Shown: positions 12,959 through 27,580, counted from the whole stretch's first letter. The stretch is DNA of 63,881 nt, filler included, from Octopus bimaculoides (GCF_001194135.2; 6 parts of 6 records of this genome joined end to end with filler, not necessarily neighbours in it), one strand, 5' to 3'. The notes: generated from the sequence alone by a model not told the origin. Program-made: numbers and translations.

Positions 12959-15129
12959 GTATTTTTTATACATACATACATACATACACACACACATATA
13001 TATATATATATANNNNNNNNNNNNNNNNNNNNNNNNNNNNNNNNNNNNNNNNNNNNNNNNNNNNNNNNNNNNNNNNNNNNNNNNNNNNNNNNNNNNNNNN
13101 NNNNNNNNNNNNNNNNNNNNNNNNNNNNNNNNNNNNNNNNNNNNNNNNNNNNNNNNNNNNNNNNNNNNNNNNNNNNNNNNNNNNNNNNNNNNNNNNNNNN
13201 NNNNNNNNNNNNNNNNNNNNNNNNNNNNNNNNNNNNNNNNNNNNNNNNNNNNNNNNNNNNNNNNNNNNNNNNNNNNNNNNNNNNNNNNNNNNNNNNNNNN
13301 NNNNNNNNNNNNNNNNNNNNNNNNNNNNNNNNNNNNNNNNNNNNNNNNNNNNNNNNNNNNNNNNNNNNNNNNNNNNNNNNNNNNNNNNNNNNNNNNNNNN
13401 NNNNNNNNNNNNNNNNNNNNNNNNNNNNNNNNNNNNNNNNNNNNNNNNNNNNNNNNNNNNNNNNNNNNNNNNNNNNNNNNNNNNNNNNNNNNNNNNNNNN
13501 NNNNNNNNNNNNNNNNNNNNNNNNNNNNNNNNNNNNNNNNNNNNNNNNNNNNNNNNNNNNNNNNNNNNNNNNNNNNNNNNNNNNNNNNNNNNNNNNNNNN
13601 NNNNNNNNNNNNNNNNNNNNNNNNNNNNNNNNNNNNNNNNNNNNNNNNNNNNNNNNNNNNNNNNNNNNNNNNNNNNNNNNNNNNNNNNNNNNNNNNNNNN
13701 NNNNNNNNNNNNNNNNNNNNNNNNNNNNNNNNNTATATATATATATGTATATATGCACACACATATATATATACTACATATATACATATGTACACATGTA
13801 TATGTATGTATTCTTTGAAAAGAAAATTACTAAAGGGGATATCCTCTCCATATATACAACTTCGTGATTTGTGTGTTCTTGCAGAAGAGGTGTAAAATAG
13901 ATATATTTATATATCTATATCTATATCGGTATTTCCCTCTGTCTCTCTCTATCAATTTGCCTGCCTATCTGTATATCGATATGTGTGTGAACGTGCAGTT
14001 TTGTATATATGTGTGTGAATACGTGTATTTGTTTGTGTATATATGTATACAAACGTACACACAACATGCGACAGTAACTAAAACAGAAAGAGTATAAAAA
14101 AGAAAACCATGTCGTTTAATCCACACTTAATATACGAGTCCTACAATAATAGCTAAATCATATTTGAAAATACTTAAATATATTTGCCAGCAGAACCACA
14201 ATCTTGTAAACAGGCACAACGTACGATTGTCATATTCCGCCACCAACAACGTCATAAGTACTGCATCAAATTACAAGCACCAAAAGTGAAAGTTTTAACC
14301 ACACATAACAATTACAAATGTAGAATACATTTATCATTGCTATTTGAAAGAAACTGTATGTTTACCAATATTGTCTGTGCAGGAATTGTCATCATGGGCA
14401 CAGCACACAAACACACAGTCGTTCTGACACAAGCATATATATATGCACACAAACATACACACTCGTCGTCACACACATAGACACACGTACACATATACAT
14501 ATATACACACACGCAAACACATACCCAGAGACATGCACACACTCATATTTATGCAAGTATATACAATCTACAGCAGACCTTTTGAAGGTACGATGCATCC
14601 GGCACATCCACACTTTGGTAACGCGAACAGGTAAAAGGTACCTCACTATCTAAACAATTACAGATGCTAAAATTGTATTACATTATACTCCGTTCAGATT
14701 GAATTTGAAATTACTCTAGCATGCCTAACCATACCAAATTAACAAGAAAACCTACCCATTTTCTATTAATTAATCCTACACTTCCCTCGCATTCAAGCAA
14801 CACATTCTTAAAGAAAATATAGACACTTCATGCAAGCACAAAATCTTGAAAAGCACTAGTACATTTCAAACCAATAGTCTTGTATGACGGGAAGAAAATA
14901 TGTCACTACCTTCTCTCCTTGGATCTTCACCGTAAACAATCATGAAGCTTTATGCAAAAAAGCTCTTATAAGTTATCTAAAACACTCCACTCACTAATCC
15001 AATTTCGCTCCACCTTCCATTCGACATCCGGTATCTCGATGTCTTTACCAAATCTGGTAGAATGCCTGTTGAGATATCAAACTTTGCAAACATCCCAACT
15101 TTGATTTCGTCCAGCACTTCTTAATTCTT

Positions 15130-16544
15130 TGCTTCCACAGATAATTTCGCAGTATCTGTTAACATATACATATTTATCAGCCCTCTCCGTAGCTATACGT
15201 AAAGTTTTGAACAATCAGAGTTTTGCTATTGGAGCTGACCTCATTGATCTGACAAGCATTAATTTTCTTTTTCTTCTGAATCCAGTTGCGATAATACAAC
15301 ATCATATAACTATTTTGCAGAACATCTGCTAAAACAGCTGAATACAATGCACCTGGGGATCAACAAATGTTTTATATTTTTAACTCCAAGTGGAAGTAAA
15401 TCAGAAATTTATAACACTATTATCAATTGTAAATATCAGTACTTCAATATTGGAGAAAATAATCGACGCTAAAAAGGATTGATTACAATCGTCCAATAGT
15501 TTCGGCAAGATTTTGACTGAGTTTTTAATTCAATAGGACGTATATGAATATATGTTCTTCTCACGACTGATGTATTCTAAAGAAAGACTCGGGCATTCAG
15601 TATAAATGCATCAGCTCTTTTGGGAATAGATTTGCTGTTCGTGAAGCCGAACACGGAATAGATTCACCAAGCCACATATACAACTTTAAACCAGTTTCTG
15701 AACTAGCAGCTCCGAACTCTTTCTTTCATAAAACCTAGGTACATTTCCAAATGCCATGGGAAACACTTGAAATTTATCAGAATCAAAACTAGCAACAATA
15801 CATATCTTATATACCATCTTCAACGCCCCAGCAAAATGAAAGCTAAAAATTTTCCTTTTCTCATTCTCAAAGAAAGGACAACGTGAATTATATTTATTGT
15901 AAGATCGATGAAGTCAAAGATGCAGCTGACAGCAAGAAAACAGCAGATTCATCGAAGATATTATAAAACATCAGTGTTGATATATGCCAAATATTTCTAG
16001 ACTTAAGCCAGAAGGAGATAGGAAGGAATTAGATTATAGAAGACGCATTTTGAAAATCTAAGCAAACATTTAAATGTCGCCGACAGAAATCCAATCTCTC
16101 CTGAAAAACACGAGATACAGAAGTTTCTGTCGCTATTGATGAAAGTTAAATGACCTAAGGCCAATCAAAGATGGCAAATCTTGCAATATTGAAACTGTGA
16201 TAATTCGGCAAAGTGCACTTGCAGCCATGCAATGCTATATCATAAAAAAAGGTAATAGATTTGAGAGTGAGCTTCATAATGACAGTATATGAGAAAGGAA
16301 ATTTAGTGTTTGATATGAACTACAATGGCATTACACACAGTGAATTTGCAGTTAAAATATACAACTTGATGCAACTATAAAGACTTTTACTTCAGCTTGA
16401 GAAAATTCTGCTGAACAATCAGAACACTGTTCATTTGCATAATAAACTTTTAGAATCAAGGGAATCTTCGAAACTGTGGACGAGAATGTAGTAGCCGCAC
16501 TGATTTTTCATAGATTGCACAAGAGACTCCCATTATTAGCTGTG

Positions 16545-16616
<72 letters not shown>

Positions 16617-17450
16617 TAGAGAGAGAGAGACAGACAGACAGACATACAGACAGACAGAAAATGTAGCGCTGTAAAAATGTGAATGCTTATTATCATGTTA
16701 TATCAGGCGACTAGATGTAAAGTGCTTCTGACTGTGTTTACTTTTTCAGTTTACTACGTGAGTACATTAAGACGTGTTCCTTGCACTGTAGCCATTCAGT
16801 ATATGACTCGCCTATGTACTGCGGAAAATAGTTTGACTCTTTCACAGAAAAGAAGCTATTGATGCACTCTAGAGAAAATTACAAATATAGATTTTGTGGA
16901 ATATCTGGCATTAACGAATGGCATTGTAAGATGTCAATATTGCCATATAAATCCACGAAAACATTATGGTGAAATACGATCATGCATTAATGCTGCAAAA
17001 GAAAAAAAAACACTATGACTTATATCCAAGATGAATCTAGAAGGTTCTACGCAAAGAATGGAGGAAAAGCTTTAGGAAAATATATCAAGCCAACTTGTAG
17101 ATCATATATCCATATTCAGGAACCATATAGAAATAAGGACATCTAACGTATAAGGAACGCGTATATGTTTCGATAGGATATACAAATTCATTCTTATGAA
17201 ACGACTGAAATAATTTTTTTTTAAGCTGCAGCTGAATTAACTTTAAATCATGACGCGATAACATGGACACTAAGAGATACCATGAATAAAACAGTAAATA
17301 ACATGTACAACAATGTTTCATGCTGTTTTAGATAACCAATGGCATTGGCAAAAGACTAGCAAAGAACTATACCAAATCAATCACATATATTACAGAGACA
17401 TTTCAAAAGCACAGGATAAGGTTTAATTGTCACTGCTAGCATAAGAAGGT
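15130..17450 (+). pseudogene. Decayed RTE-clade LINE ORF (APE endonuclease plus RT)
   Basis: APE-like TPSGSKSEIYNTIIN and DYNRPIVSARF; linker NRFAV...PWE; RT-like MTVYEKG..NYNGIT, ITNIDFVEYLAL, AAAELTL...TWTL, RIRFNCHC in the expected order. Many stops; interrupted by (AG)n. 5' limit uncertain. Confidence 0.7.
16550..16658. repeat. (AG)n/(AGAC)n microsatellite inside the RTE relic
   Basis: Direct reading. Confidence 0.95.
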
Positions 17451-18052
17451 GCAAGGAGAGTTTTTTTTTCTGTGACAAAATTCTCGTGGTAAACGGGAAG
17501 AGGTAGTGTAGAATAAAAACACAGCAAACATTGGATGCTCTATAGAAGAGCTTAAAATAGCATAGAGAGGAGTGGAAGACGCATGCAAACTCCTAAATCC
17601 ATCTCCTGCTGCGAGCATTCGTTGTATCTCTTTTACGTGGCAAATTATGTCTAATTAAGCTAACATTTTCATTTAATTTGTAATGTCCACATGTAAAGAT
17701 GTCCCCGCCAAATCGATCCCTTTGTTTTCAGTTCTTTCTTTATTTGAAATAATTACTTTGGAAATGGCGCGTAAAAATAATTGGGTGATCTTAATATTTA
17801 GAATATCTATAATAATGAGGGAGGATATTTTACTCCATATATTCCAAGTGATCGACCTATGAACAATCCTTTAGAAATGTTAAGTTAATAGCAGTTACTT
17901 CTCTAATTTATATCAGCAGCACATAAACAATAATAACGTGTTATCTTGATTTTCCATGTTAACCTACTGTTTCTATTGCACATGATTTGCTCCTATACAT
18001 GTATATGTGTGTATCTCTATACCAATATGAGTATATATTTAGGTGAACGTAT

Positions 18053-18379
18053 AGGCGTAGGCGTGGCTGTGTGGTAAGAAGTTTGCTTTCCAATCACATG
18101 GTTTCGGGTTCAATACGATTGAGAGACATCTTCGGTCAGTGCCTTCTACTATAGGCTCATGACGAACACAGCTTTTTGCGTGCATTTGGTAGACAAATTG
18201 AAAGAAGCCGGTAGTTTATCCGATTCTGTAACTTAGCGGTTCGGCAAGTCTGACCTTTCAAATAAGTAATAAAATTACAAAGAATAACTCCTGGAGTTGG
18301 TTCCTTAAAATAAAATCCTTTAAACCAGTGCTCCTGCATTCAAATGCCTGAATTAAAGTAAAAGAATGAAAGAAAAAAA
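18053..18379 (+). mobile_element. tRNA-derived SINE family A, diverged copy
   Basis: A-box-like gtggctgtgtggtaag, B-box-like gggttcaatac and shared tail ...aagaataactcctgg...gtgctcctgca. Confidence 0.8.
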
Positions 18380-18418
18380 TGTATGTGTGTGTGTCTATAT
18401 ATGTATACATATATAGGC

Positions 18419-18456
<38 letters not shown>

Positions 18457-19119
18457 NNNNNNNNNNNNNNNNNNNNNNNNNNNNNNNNNNNNNNNNNNNN
18501 TTAATTAATTAANNNNNNNNNNNNNNNNNNNNNNNNNNNNNNNNNNNNNNNNNNNNAAAGGATTATTGTATATGTATATATAAAAATATATATAAAGGAG
18601 GCCACTTTGAGAATTATTCAGCCTTAGTAAACACATGATATATATATATGGATAGATAGGTATGTATTTATATATATATATTATTACAAATTTGGGATTT
18701 TATCAATACAACTGCAACTCCTATTTCAGGATAACCTAATTGTAAGTAATACACATAGAAAGTTACATCCAATAAAATAATATCAGCAGTTAAATATCCT
18801 ACTAACAAATACAATAAAATTCATTGAAAAAATATATAACTTATCTGTTATTTGTCTGTGGGGAAAGAAGGTATTTCTAATCAACACTATTCCTATTTCT
18901 GCAGTGGTGGGGTGTATATCAAGGGTATACCTAATACATAAATCCACCAGTGTGTACTCGAGCTATTTATCTTATTGTTATCATTATTAAAGCATCAAAG
19001 TTAAAAATACATATTGAAAGTCATATTAAATAGAAAAACAAGAATAAGAATAAAAATATATAAATTACAAATATATTTTAAAAAATTAAACACCTAAATT
19101 ATAATTCTGATATATATAT

Positions 19120-19488
19120 AGGTACAGGAGTGGCTGTGTGGTAAGTACCTTGCTTACCAGCCACATGGTACCGGGTTCAGTCCCACTGCGTGGCACCTTG
19201 GGCAAGTGTCTTCTACTATAGCCTCGGGCTGACCTAAGCCTTGTGAGTGGATTTGGTAGACGGAAACTGAAAGAAACCCGTCGTGTATGTGTGTGTGTTT
19301 GTGTGTCAGTGTTTGTCCCCCTAGCATTGCTTGACAACTGATGCTGGTGTGTTTATGTCCCCGTCACTTAGTGGTTAGGCAAAAGAGACTGATAGAATAA
19401 GTACTAAACTTACAAAGAATAAGTCCTGGGGTCGATTTGCTCGATTAAAGGTGGTGCTCCAGCATGGCTGCAGTCAAATATCTGAAGC
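19120..19488 (+). mobile_element. tRNA-derived SINE family A, full length
   Basis: Head gtggctgtgtggtaag...gggttcagtcccactgcgtggcacc, central (TG)n, tail ...gtgctccagcatggctgcagtc; many homologous copies in the window. Confidence 0.9.
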
Positions 19489-19885
19489 ACACATACATAC
19501 CCACTAAATTATACACATATACATACCCACTAAATTATAAACACATCGAATCCTACAAAATATCTAAATAAACAATATGGGAATTAATAATTTAATGTAA
19601 GCTTTATACCTACTTACAAAAGTATAAATAACCATTCTTTATGTTAAACGTAAGTTAATAGTGTTTAATAAGATTATTTAGTAAAAACCACTACGTGCAT
19701 TATAAATTTATTGAATGAAACAAGTAAAAATATTAAAAATGGAAGAATAATTATCGACATAATGTTTACTCCTCGTTCAGGTGTAAATGCCCTGTTATGC
19801 CCTAAGTATTATGGGAATAACATAAATAAGAAAAGACACTCTGAAAAATTCTCTAATACTAAAAATATTAGAAAGGTTGAATTCA

Positions 19886-19887
<2 letters not shown>

Positions 19888-19917
<30 letters not shown>

Positions 19918-19925
19918 ATACATAC

Positions 19926-19970
<45 letters not shown>

Positions 19971-20026
19971 CATATATATGTATATATGTATACATATATA
20001 TGTATATATATATATACATATATATG

Positions 20027-20062
<36 letters not shown>

Positions 20063-20190
20063 TAATGTATATATACATATGTATGTATATATACATATGT
20101 ATCTATATATATACACATGTATATATATATATATATGTATATATACATACATATGTATGTGTCTATATATATGTATATATATATATACAT
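19888..20190. repeat. (TA)n/(TACA)/(TATG) low-complexity tract
   Basis: Direct reading; explains the cluster of YI-repeat ORFs. Confidence 0.95.
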
Positions 20191-20699
20191 ATATCACTCT
20201 CTTTCTCTCTCTCTTCCTCGCTTTCTCTCTCTCTTCCTCGCTTTCTCTCTCTCTTCTTCGCTTTCTCCCTCCTCCCATATACACTTTCCCCTCTCTTATA
20301 TCCACCTTCCCCTTCCTCTTCATCGTCAACCCTCCTTCATAAGCTCATCCCACCCCAACACACTCCTACTCTACCTTCCCACCCCATCCAATTCCTTACA
20401 CCCACCCCAACCTCTGCCTACCCGCATACCCCTACCTCTACCCCACCCTCAGCCTAACCCACACTCCACCCATGCTTTCCCCACTCTTACCTCCTCCGCC
20501 TTCGCCTTCCCCACCTCTCAATTCCCACCTCCCAACACTCTCACATCACACCACACCTCACTTCACAACACACCACCAAGCACACACTAGCACTGACCAA
20601 CTCCTTCCTCCCTTCCCCATTTTTTCACACCTACATACACACATACATACATTAAGATCACCAGCATTCTCTCTCACACACACACAGCTTCTCGTATTC

Positions 20700-20990
20700 C
20701 GGGTCACCGTTTCTTTCCCCTTTTGTTATCTCCCCTTTTTCTTAGCTCTCCTGTGTGATCTTTCTGTCCGGCAGTCGCCATGATAGATCGCTGACCACGA
20801 CACTTAAATTTTTTTCCTACTTGTTTTTCTCCTTGTATTTCTCCATATTTGTTTCTGCTGAAGAGCGTAGCTCGAAATGTTAAAGACTTTCTCTATTCCC
20901 GAGCGTTAAACTAATACATCCTTTTGTTGTTTACACCACCTGTCCTCGTCTGTTGTTTTTTTCGTAAATTCTCCCATATATATATTATGC
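20700..20990 (+). mobile_element. Probable PLE pLTR relic with degenerate hammerhead-like core
   Basis: gtttctgctgaagagcgtagctcgaaatgttaaagac at 20851-20887 (GAGC-gta-GCTC hairpin before GAAA); core imperfect. Confidence 0.45.
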
Positions 20991-21002
20991 ATATATATAT
21001 AT

Positions 21003-21033
<31 letters not shown>

Positions 21034-21150
21034 TGGGTTTCAGCCAAGTGGCTGTGGACATGCTGGAGCACCACCATGACTTTCCGTCTTTATACTGTGC
21101 TCTCTTCACGTTCCTTGCATGGTTCTTCTCTTCCACCTGTTATAGTCCAA

Positions 21151-21573
21151 TCAAGAGTTTTTATGGCACATCTGGTGTATAAGAGAATCTGATATCGCTG
21201 CCTTAAACTGTGTCTCATTTCGAGCCATTGGTTCGTCTGGTATCGTGGAGACGAAAGCGTCGAGTTTTGTCTTGAAGACCTCTATATCCGTGTCTTGCAT
21301 GTCTCTCAAATGTTTTGGCAGGGCATTAAAGAGCTGAGGTCCTCTGAAACCGAGGCTGTTGCAGAACATCGTTCTTATGTGAGATGCAGTGGACGGCACC
21401 CTTGGTACCATGCAGTGGCGACCTGTGCGGGCATTCTTGTAGTACTTGATGCCAAAGTTTGGCACCAGTCCTTCCAGTATTTTCCGTATGTATATCATTA
21501 CATATCTTTCCCGCCTGCGCTCTAGGGAGTAGAGACCTAGTGCCTTCAGTCGTTCCCTGTAGTTCATCTCTTG
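21151..21573 (-). mobile_element. 3' end of a CR1/L2-group LINE ORF2 (5' side lost in gap)
   Basis: Open frame YRERLKALGLYSLERRRERYVMIYIRKILEGLVPN...GPQLFNALPKHLR...FKTKLDAFVSTIPDEP, the typical post-RT C-terminus. Confidence 0.85.
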
Positions 21574-21695
21574 NNNNNNNNNNNNNNNNNNNNNNNNNNN
21601 NNNNNNNNNNNNNNNNNTTAATTAATTAANNNNNNNNNNNNNNNNNNNNNNNNNNNNNNNNNNNNNNNNNNNNCGATGAATAATTTTACGGTAAA

Positions 21696-21749
21696 GTAAG
21701 CATGTATCCTATCGGTCCTATCGGTCCTATCGATCCTATCGGTCCTATC
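21696..21749. repeat. 9-bp tandem repeat (tcctatcgg/tcctatcga), about 6 units
   Basis: Direct reading. Confidence 0.85.
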
Positions 21750-22309
21750 GATCCTATCGGCGACGCCAATAAACTCTGTTATGTTTCCCTCGGACTGACT
21801 CGCAGAGATAACATAACGAGTTATACAATTTAATTATTACATTTATTGTTCAATTACATACAAAGAACGCACTCACCCAATGTTCGTTATGAATAAACAA
21901 AAGTCATGTCCGCCATATATATATCAATGACATTTTCCTACGACAGTCCCACAAGACAACAACAATTAAACAATGAACTCAGACGAACCACATGACACAC
22001 GGAACGTCAGACGAATTACAAATCTAACAGTCCATATAACAAATAGATATTAGTTTTTTCACATATTTGACTGCACATGACACTGATAGTCAAAATTTGT
22101 ATTGCTTATCATTACCTTACAACACATTTCTGATTACATCTTATAATAAAGCCGTAAACCTGATTTTTATCGCTTTTATAGAGTTCATTACTAATCACGT
22201 TGCAGAAAATTATTTTCGTTATAATTTTTTAACTTGTTAGTTAAGAGGAAGGGGCAGCGCCCATAACCTGTACAGACCCCCCCCCCCCCTGATGCCAGTA
22301 AGCTTGATG

Positions 22310-22570
22310 TTGTTTATACTTCGTTTAAATTGTTGCAAGCCAATACCTGCTAGAAAGACATGAACTAGGAGGAGAATCCGAGGGGTCGATGTACTAGGGT
22401 GGAAGGACAAGGCATTGTGGTTAATGCAGGACCGAAGAAGGTGTTGACGGAGGTAATGATAGGTGGAGACAAGTGGGTTAAGAAAGTAACTAGATCCGAG
22501 GAACAGAAGTCACTGTAGTAGCGACTGAAAAGAGAGACAGGAGATAACTCGCATTGTAGCTGAGGCTTAG
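22310..22570 (-). mobile_element. L2/Crack-like LINE 3' fragment
   Basis: Minus strand SLFSRYYSDFCSSDL, similar to the relic at 44970-45400. Confidence 0.55.
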
Positions 22571-22925
22571 AGCGTCTCTGTGAATGATTTTAATGCCAAT
22601 CAGTCATGTTGCCTTTCACTAGCGAAATATTTACAAACGCGCGCGCGCACGTACACACACACTTACGCACAGATAGAGAACTATAAACATCTGTCAAGAG
22701 ATTACTCACCCACACGAAAACGCTTAAACATACACATACACACGTTTTCTTTTAAACATGCATTGGAAACATAACTGTGTTCTGTCATTATGAATTTTAG
22801 TAAGTTTCTTTCTATCGTTTTCCATTGCGAGTCATTTCTAGTTTGCTTCAAACAGTAAAGTGATGCTAGTCACAGGCCCGTCGCCAGACTTTTGTATCTG
22901 GAGGTGCTTCAGAATATTCTACGTG

Positions 22926-23760
22926 AGCAGTAATCTACTATAATAATACTCTTGTGTTTTTCTGTCACAACATATGAATGAGAAAAGAAGGGGTGATAGG
23001 TGAATAAGGAAGGAAGAGGTGATTGCAAACTAGTAGTGGGATGATGAAAATTCTACGGTGAAAAAAAAATCAAACAGCATTTCCACTCTGTGTGAGTATA
23101 ATTGTGTGTATGTAAAAGGGAATATGTAAATGTTTGTGTGTGTGTGTGTGTGTATGCAATGGAAGTGGGATGGTGAACATTCAACGCTGAAAAGAAAAAT
23201 CAAACAGCGTTTCAACTCTGTGTATTTGGTATTTACTTTCCAGTTCCCGTATTTAGCCACGTCCAGCTTTATGTGGCCTTAAATCGTACAACAAAGAAAG
23301 AAAACTTAAAATTTTTTTGAAGGAAACAAGTAGTCAAGGGATGTTAGTTGCAGATAGATTTTTCACATAAAAGAATTATTAAACTAAAAACTTGGTTTTG
23401 TACCTTATTTATATATAAATTACTACAATTAGCCGTCATTTTTGACGGCACGGTGTCAGCTAGTTTACTATAATAATACTCATGTGTTTCCCTCCGTCAC
23501 AACATATGAATGAGAAAGGAAAGGGTGATAGATGAATAAAGAAGCCTTCTTTCCTTAGGCAAACTGGTGGTAGTGGGATGATGAAAATTCTACGGTGAAA
23601 AATAAACCAAACAGCGTTTCAACTCTGTATGAGTATATGTGTGTGTGTATGTAAAAGGGAGGTATGTGAATGTTTATGTATGTATGTAAAAGGGAGGTAT
23701 GTGAATGCTTGTGTGTGTTTGTGCGTGTGTGTACGTGTGTGTGATTTGAAAAGTATTTCT
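22926..23760. repeat. Diverged direct duplication (about 22926-23160 vs 23466-23740)
   Basis: Shared tactataataatactc...gtcacaacatatgaatgaga...gtagtgggatgatgaaaattctacggtgaaaaa...caaacagc. Confidence 0.8.
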
Positions 23761-24612
23761 TAAACAGCTGGTGAGATGCGGTCAGTTGTATAAAGTAAGT
23801 GTTCGAGTTTTGGATCCCATAAACTACAAGTCTAATAAGAAGTTACAAATTGAAATTGAATAAGTTTTTTTCAATATCACTTATTACGTATTTATTGTGT
23901 AAATTATGCTAATAGCAGATAAAACACTCATTGGTATATTTTTAAGGCTCAAATGCCATTGGTAAATAATATGTGTTTACTTCCAATGGGTAAACCTTTC
24001 TTGGAGAATCAATTTCTATTATATATTTTTGTTGTCTTAACAGTGGAGAGAGAGAGAGGCNNNNNNNNNNNNNNNNNNNNNNNNNNNNNNNNNNNNNNNN
24101 NNNNNNNNNNNNNNNNNNNNNNNNNNNNNNNNNNNGGGGGGGGGAGGAAGGGAGGGAGGGAGAGAGAGAGAGAGAGAGCAGTAATCATTGACAGTTTAGA
24201 ACTATCCCTAATGAGGAAAACTGAGAAATGAGGTAAGTGGCTTCTAGTGAAGTGGTACTTTATGAACCGAAGATTTAAAGAAAATGCTTGACTGAACACA
24301 GTGCTCTTCGACCATGTTGATCATTTGCAGATTGAAGTGACCAGAGCTCTTATACAGATTACTTTCACTATGTCTGAGGGACCAGCACCCCTTACGACTG
24401 GTAGTTGATAGCAAATTTTCACGGCTGTCAGAAAAATAGCGACACAGAAGTAGACAAATATACCAACTAAGAGAAAGAGAGTTTTGAACTTGATAATTAT
24501 CGAGAGAATACATGATATTTTCTTTAACTTAAAACTTCTGATGACAAGTTAAAAATAAAATATTAAATGCAAATATTGGTTTCACATTTTGCATAAGGCC
24601 AGTGACTCCAGC

Positions 24613-24750
24613 GGAAGGGGTAAGTCGATTACATCGGCCCCCAACCCCGAAAGGATGAAAGGTGAAGTCAACCTCGGTGGAATTTGAATTCAGAACGTAA
24701 AGACGGACGAAATTCTGCCAAGCAAATTTCCTAGCCTGCTCGCCACCTTA
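24613..24750 (-). mobile_element. tRNA-derived SINE family C
   Basis: Reverse complement of the aaggcggcgagctggcag...ttacgttctgagttcaaattccaccgaggtcgac type seen at 30472. Confidence 0.8.
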
Positions 24751-24949
24751 ATTGAATCAAAATACTGGATATAGATATTCATAGGAGCATTTCTTTTTTG
24801 CAGCAAAGAAGCAAACATTGTCAGGTTGTTAGTTAAGACGAGACAAACTTACACAACAATTATTCGTCAATTAATGATTTTAAAAAGTAGCTTAATACGC
24901 AGATATATTTTCAGTGGTGTAGCTGTTTACTCGTTGTTCGTGTTACCCA

Positions 24950-25640
24950 TGTCAGCATTAATAAATCAGATTTAAGGAGAAAAATTGTTCTAGCAGTGGC
25001 CATCCATACTTTACTCAAGCATAGTATATCTGAGGTAAGTTTGTGTAATATAATTGGAGAGAGATTTTACTGATGGCCAAGAAGAGGCGATCAAAATTTG
25101 AGCACGACAGTTGCTACTGTGCACTTATTATGGTTTGCATCCCAGTTCTCAGCTGGGGATAATGAAGCTGTTGATGTTACAATTTATGTATGCGTTTTTA
25201 AAGACTGATAATGTTTTCGAGAGGTGTTGATATATCTGTATGCTTGATGGTGATTTTGCATGAAATAGCAACAGAATGTTAAAACATTCTGTTGTAACAG
25301 ATTACATCTCTGGCATATCACACTGATCTTTCATTTTTAGTATTTTGTTTCGATCTGTATGCAATCAATGATTTGTGTTCTTTGTAATTTATGAAAATTG
25401 TGAATGTAATATATTTTCTTTTTCCCCAACAATACTTGTTTATTTATGTTGGTCTAAATATATTTCTGCATTGTTTTACGGTGTCTTCTACGCGTATTGT
25501 GAACATATGTTTGTCTTCTGTGCGCATGAGTGTGTAGTATGCTTATTTTGTTAAGTGTGGTGGTTAGTTGTATTAAATGTTCTCTGGTGTTATTTGTAAC
25601 AAACAATGGAAACAGTATATTTAGGAGAAGCTGTATTGAG
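24950..25640 (-). pseudogene. Highly decayed PLE endonuclease region
   Basis: SLIAYRSKQN and YINCNINSFII...GC resemble the PLE linker and GIY-YIG; many stops. Confidence 0.4.
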
Positions 25641-25685
25641 TCCTTTATTGTTTAACCACAAGCCTGTCCATCGCGCTTTATTTTG

Positions 25686-25727
25686 AGCCATAGAGTATCA
25701 GCCATAGAGTATCAGCCATAGAGTATC
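25686..25727. repeat. 14-bp tandem repeat x3 (agccatagagtatc)
   Basis: Direct reading. Confidence 0.9.
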
Positions 25728-25881
25728 TAGGACTACAATATTCAATATATCCTTCCTTTTATGGTAGGGTGTAAATTAGTGTAAATTTGGCGGCTATTTC
25801 TAGCTGAGCCAACATTCACTTGGAAGTTTGCAAGTCATGTCCCTATTCTATATTGATTATATATATATCTATCTATATGTC

Positions 25882-25919
<38 letters not shown>

Positions 25920-26019
25920 NNNNNNNNNNNNNNNNNNNNNNNNNNNNNNNNNNNNNNNNNNNNTTAATTAATTAANNNNNNNNNNNNNNNNNNNNNNNNN
26001 NNNNNNNNNNNNNNNNNNN

Positions 26020-26078
<59 letters not shown>

Positions 26079-26106
26079 ATACACATACATATATGCCTAT
26101 ATATAC

Positions 26107-26147
<41 letters not shown>

Positions 26148-27115
26148 AACATATATACTTATATATATACATATATATATAAATTTATACATATACATAT
26201 ATATATATGTATACATATACACACATACATGCATCATACATACGTACGTACGTACATACATACATACATACATGCATACACACATACATACATAGAAATG
26301 ATGTGTGACATACGATTTCCGTCACAGTTTATAGGCGAGATGCGTCCATATAACATTGGGCCACTTTACATTGAAGAAATACACCACAGCACAATTTGTC
26401 ATCACATTCAATATGGCTCCGAGAGCAACGATAGCTTGGCTGGTGCAGAAAGCAAACCCGTACACCGTTATGTAATGTCTCATCATAAAATAGATGCAAC
26501 GTAGATACAACCTGGTGTATCTGTCTGTCCGTCGCTTTCCCTCTTTTTCCCTTTCTCTCTTTCTCCCTCTCTCTCTCCGTCTTTCTCTTTGTCATTCCAT
26601 GTTCCTATGTTTATATGTTTTAGAAGGAAAATCTGTGCAATTAAAATGACCGCCATTTCTGCTGCAAGCATCGCTGGTTATATAATTGTATTCTGTTCTA
26701 CGGTTTCCCATTCCATGCGATTGTATATATGTGTGTGTATATATATATATATATATNNNNNNNNNNNNNNNNNNNNNNNNNNNNNNNNNNNNNNNNNNNN
26801 NNNNNNNNNNNNNNNNNNNNNNNNNNNNNNNNNNNNNNNNNNNNNNNNNNNNNNNNNNNNNNNNNNNNNNNNNNNNNNNNNNNNNNNNNNNNNNNNNNNN
26901 NNNNNNNNNNNNNNNNNNNNNNNNNNNNNNNNNNNNNNNNNNNNNNNNNNNNNNNNNNNNNNNNNNNNNNNNNNNNNNNNNNNNNNNNNNNNNNNNNNNN
27001 NNNNNNNNNNNNNNNNNNNNNNNNNNNNNNNNNNNNNNNNNNNNNNNNNNNNNNNNNNNNNNNNNNNNNNNTATATATATATGTATATATATACATGCAT
27101 ATATACACATCTACA

Positions 27116-27159
<44 letters not shown>

Positions 27160-27264
27160 TACACATACATACACACACACATACGCATCACACGTACACA
27201 TACACACACACACATATATATACATGAAGAGCATCGATTGTTAATTACAAAAACTGTGACGAGG

Positions 27265-27464
27265 AGATGATGGCAGTGGCGGTGTCGTTGGCAACGTTGA
27301 TCATGATGATGATGGTGATGATGATAGTGGTGGTAGTGGTGGTGATGGTGATGGAGTTGGGATGGTGGCGGTGGTGGTAATTATTACGACGGGTAGGGAC
27401 GCTAAATAAATACAAAAGAAGACAGCGTATCCATAACAATAACAACAACAACAACAACAACAAC

Positions 27465-27516
<52 letters not shown>

Positions 27517-27580
27517 GAGAATGCTAAGAAATATTGTATTAATAAAAATAATAGCGTTGTGCGTTGCAAAGCATGCGGAC

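Noticed and set aside
24199-24236. AG...GTAAGT-bounded 38-nt segment
   Set aside because: Only reading frames with stops or no link to other exons; isolated splice-like signal.
26322-26510. Hydrophobic 62-aa minus-strand ORF resembling a TM segment
   Set aside because: No pyrimidine-rich acceptor and no recognisable motif.
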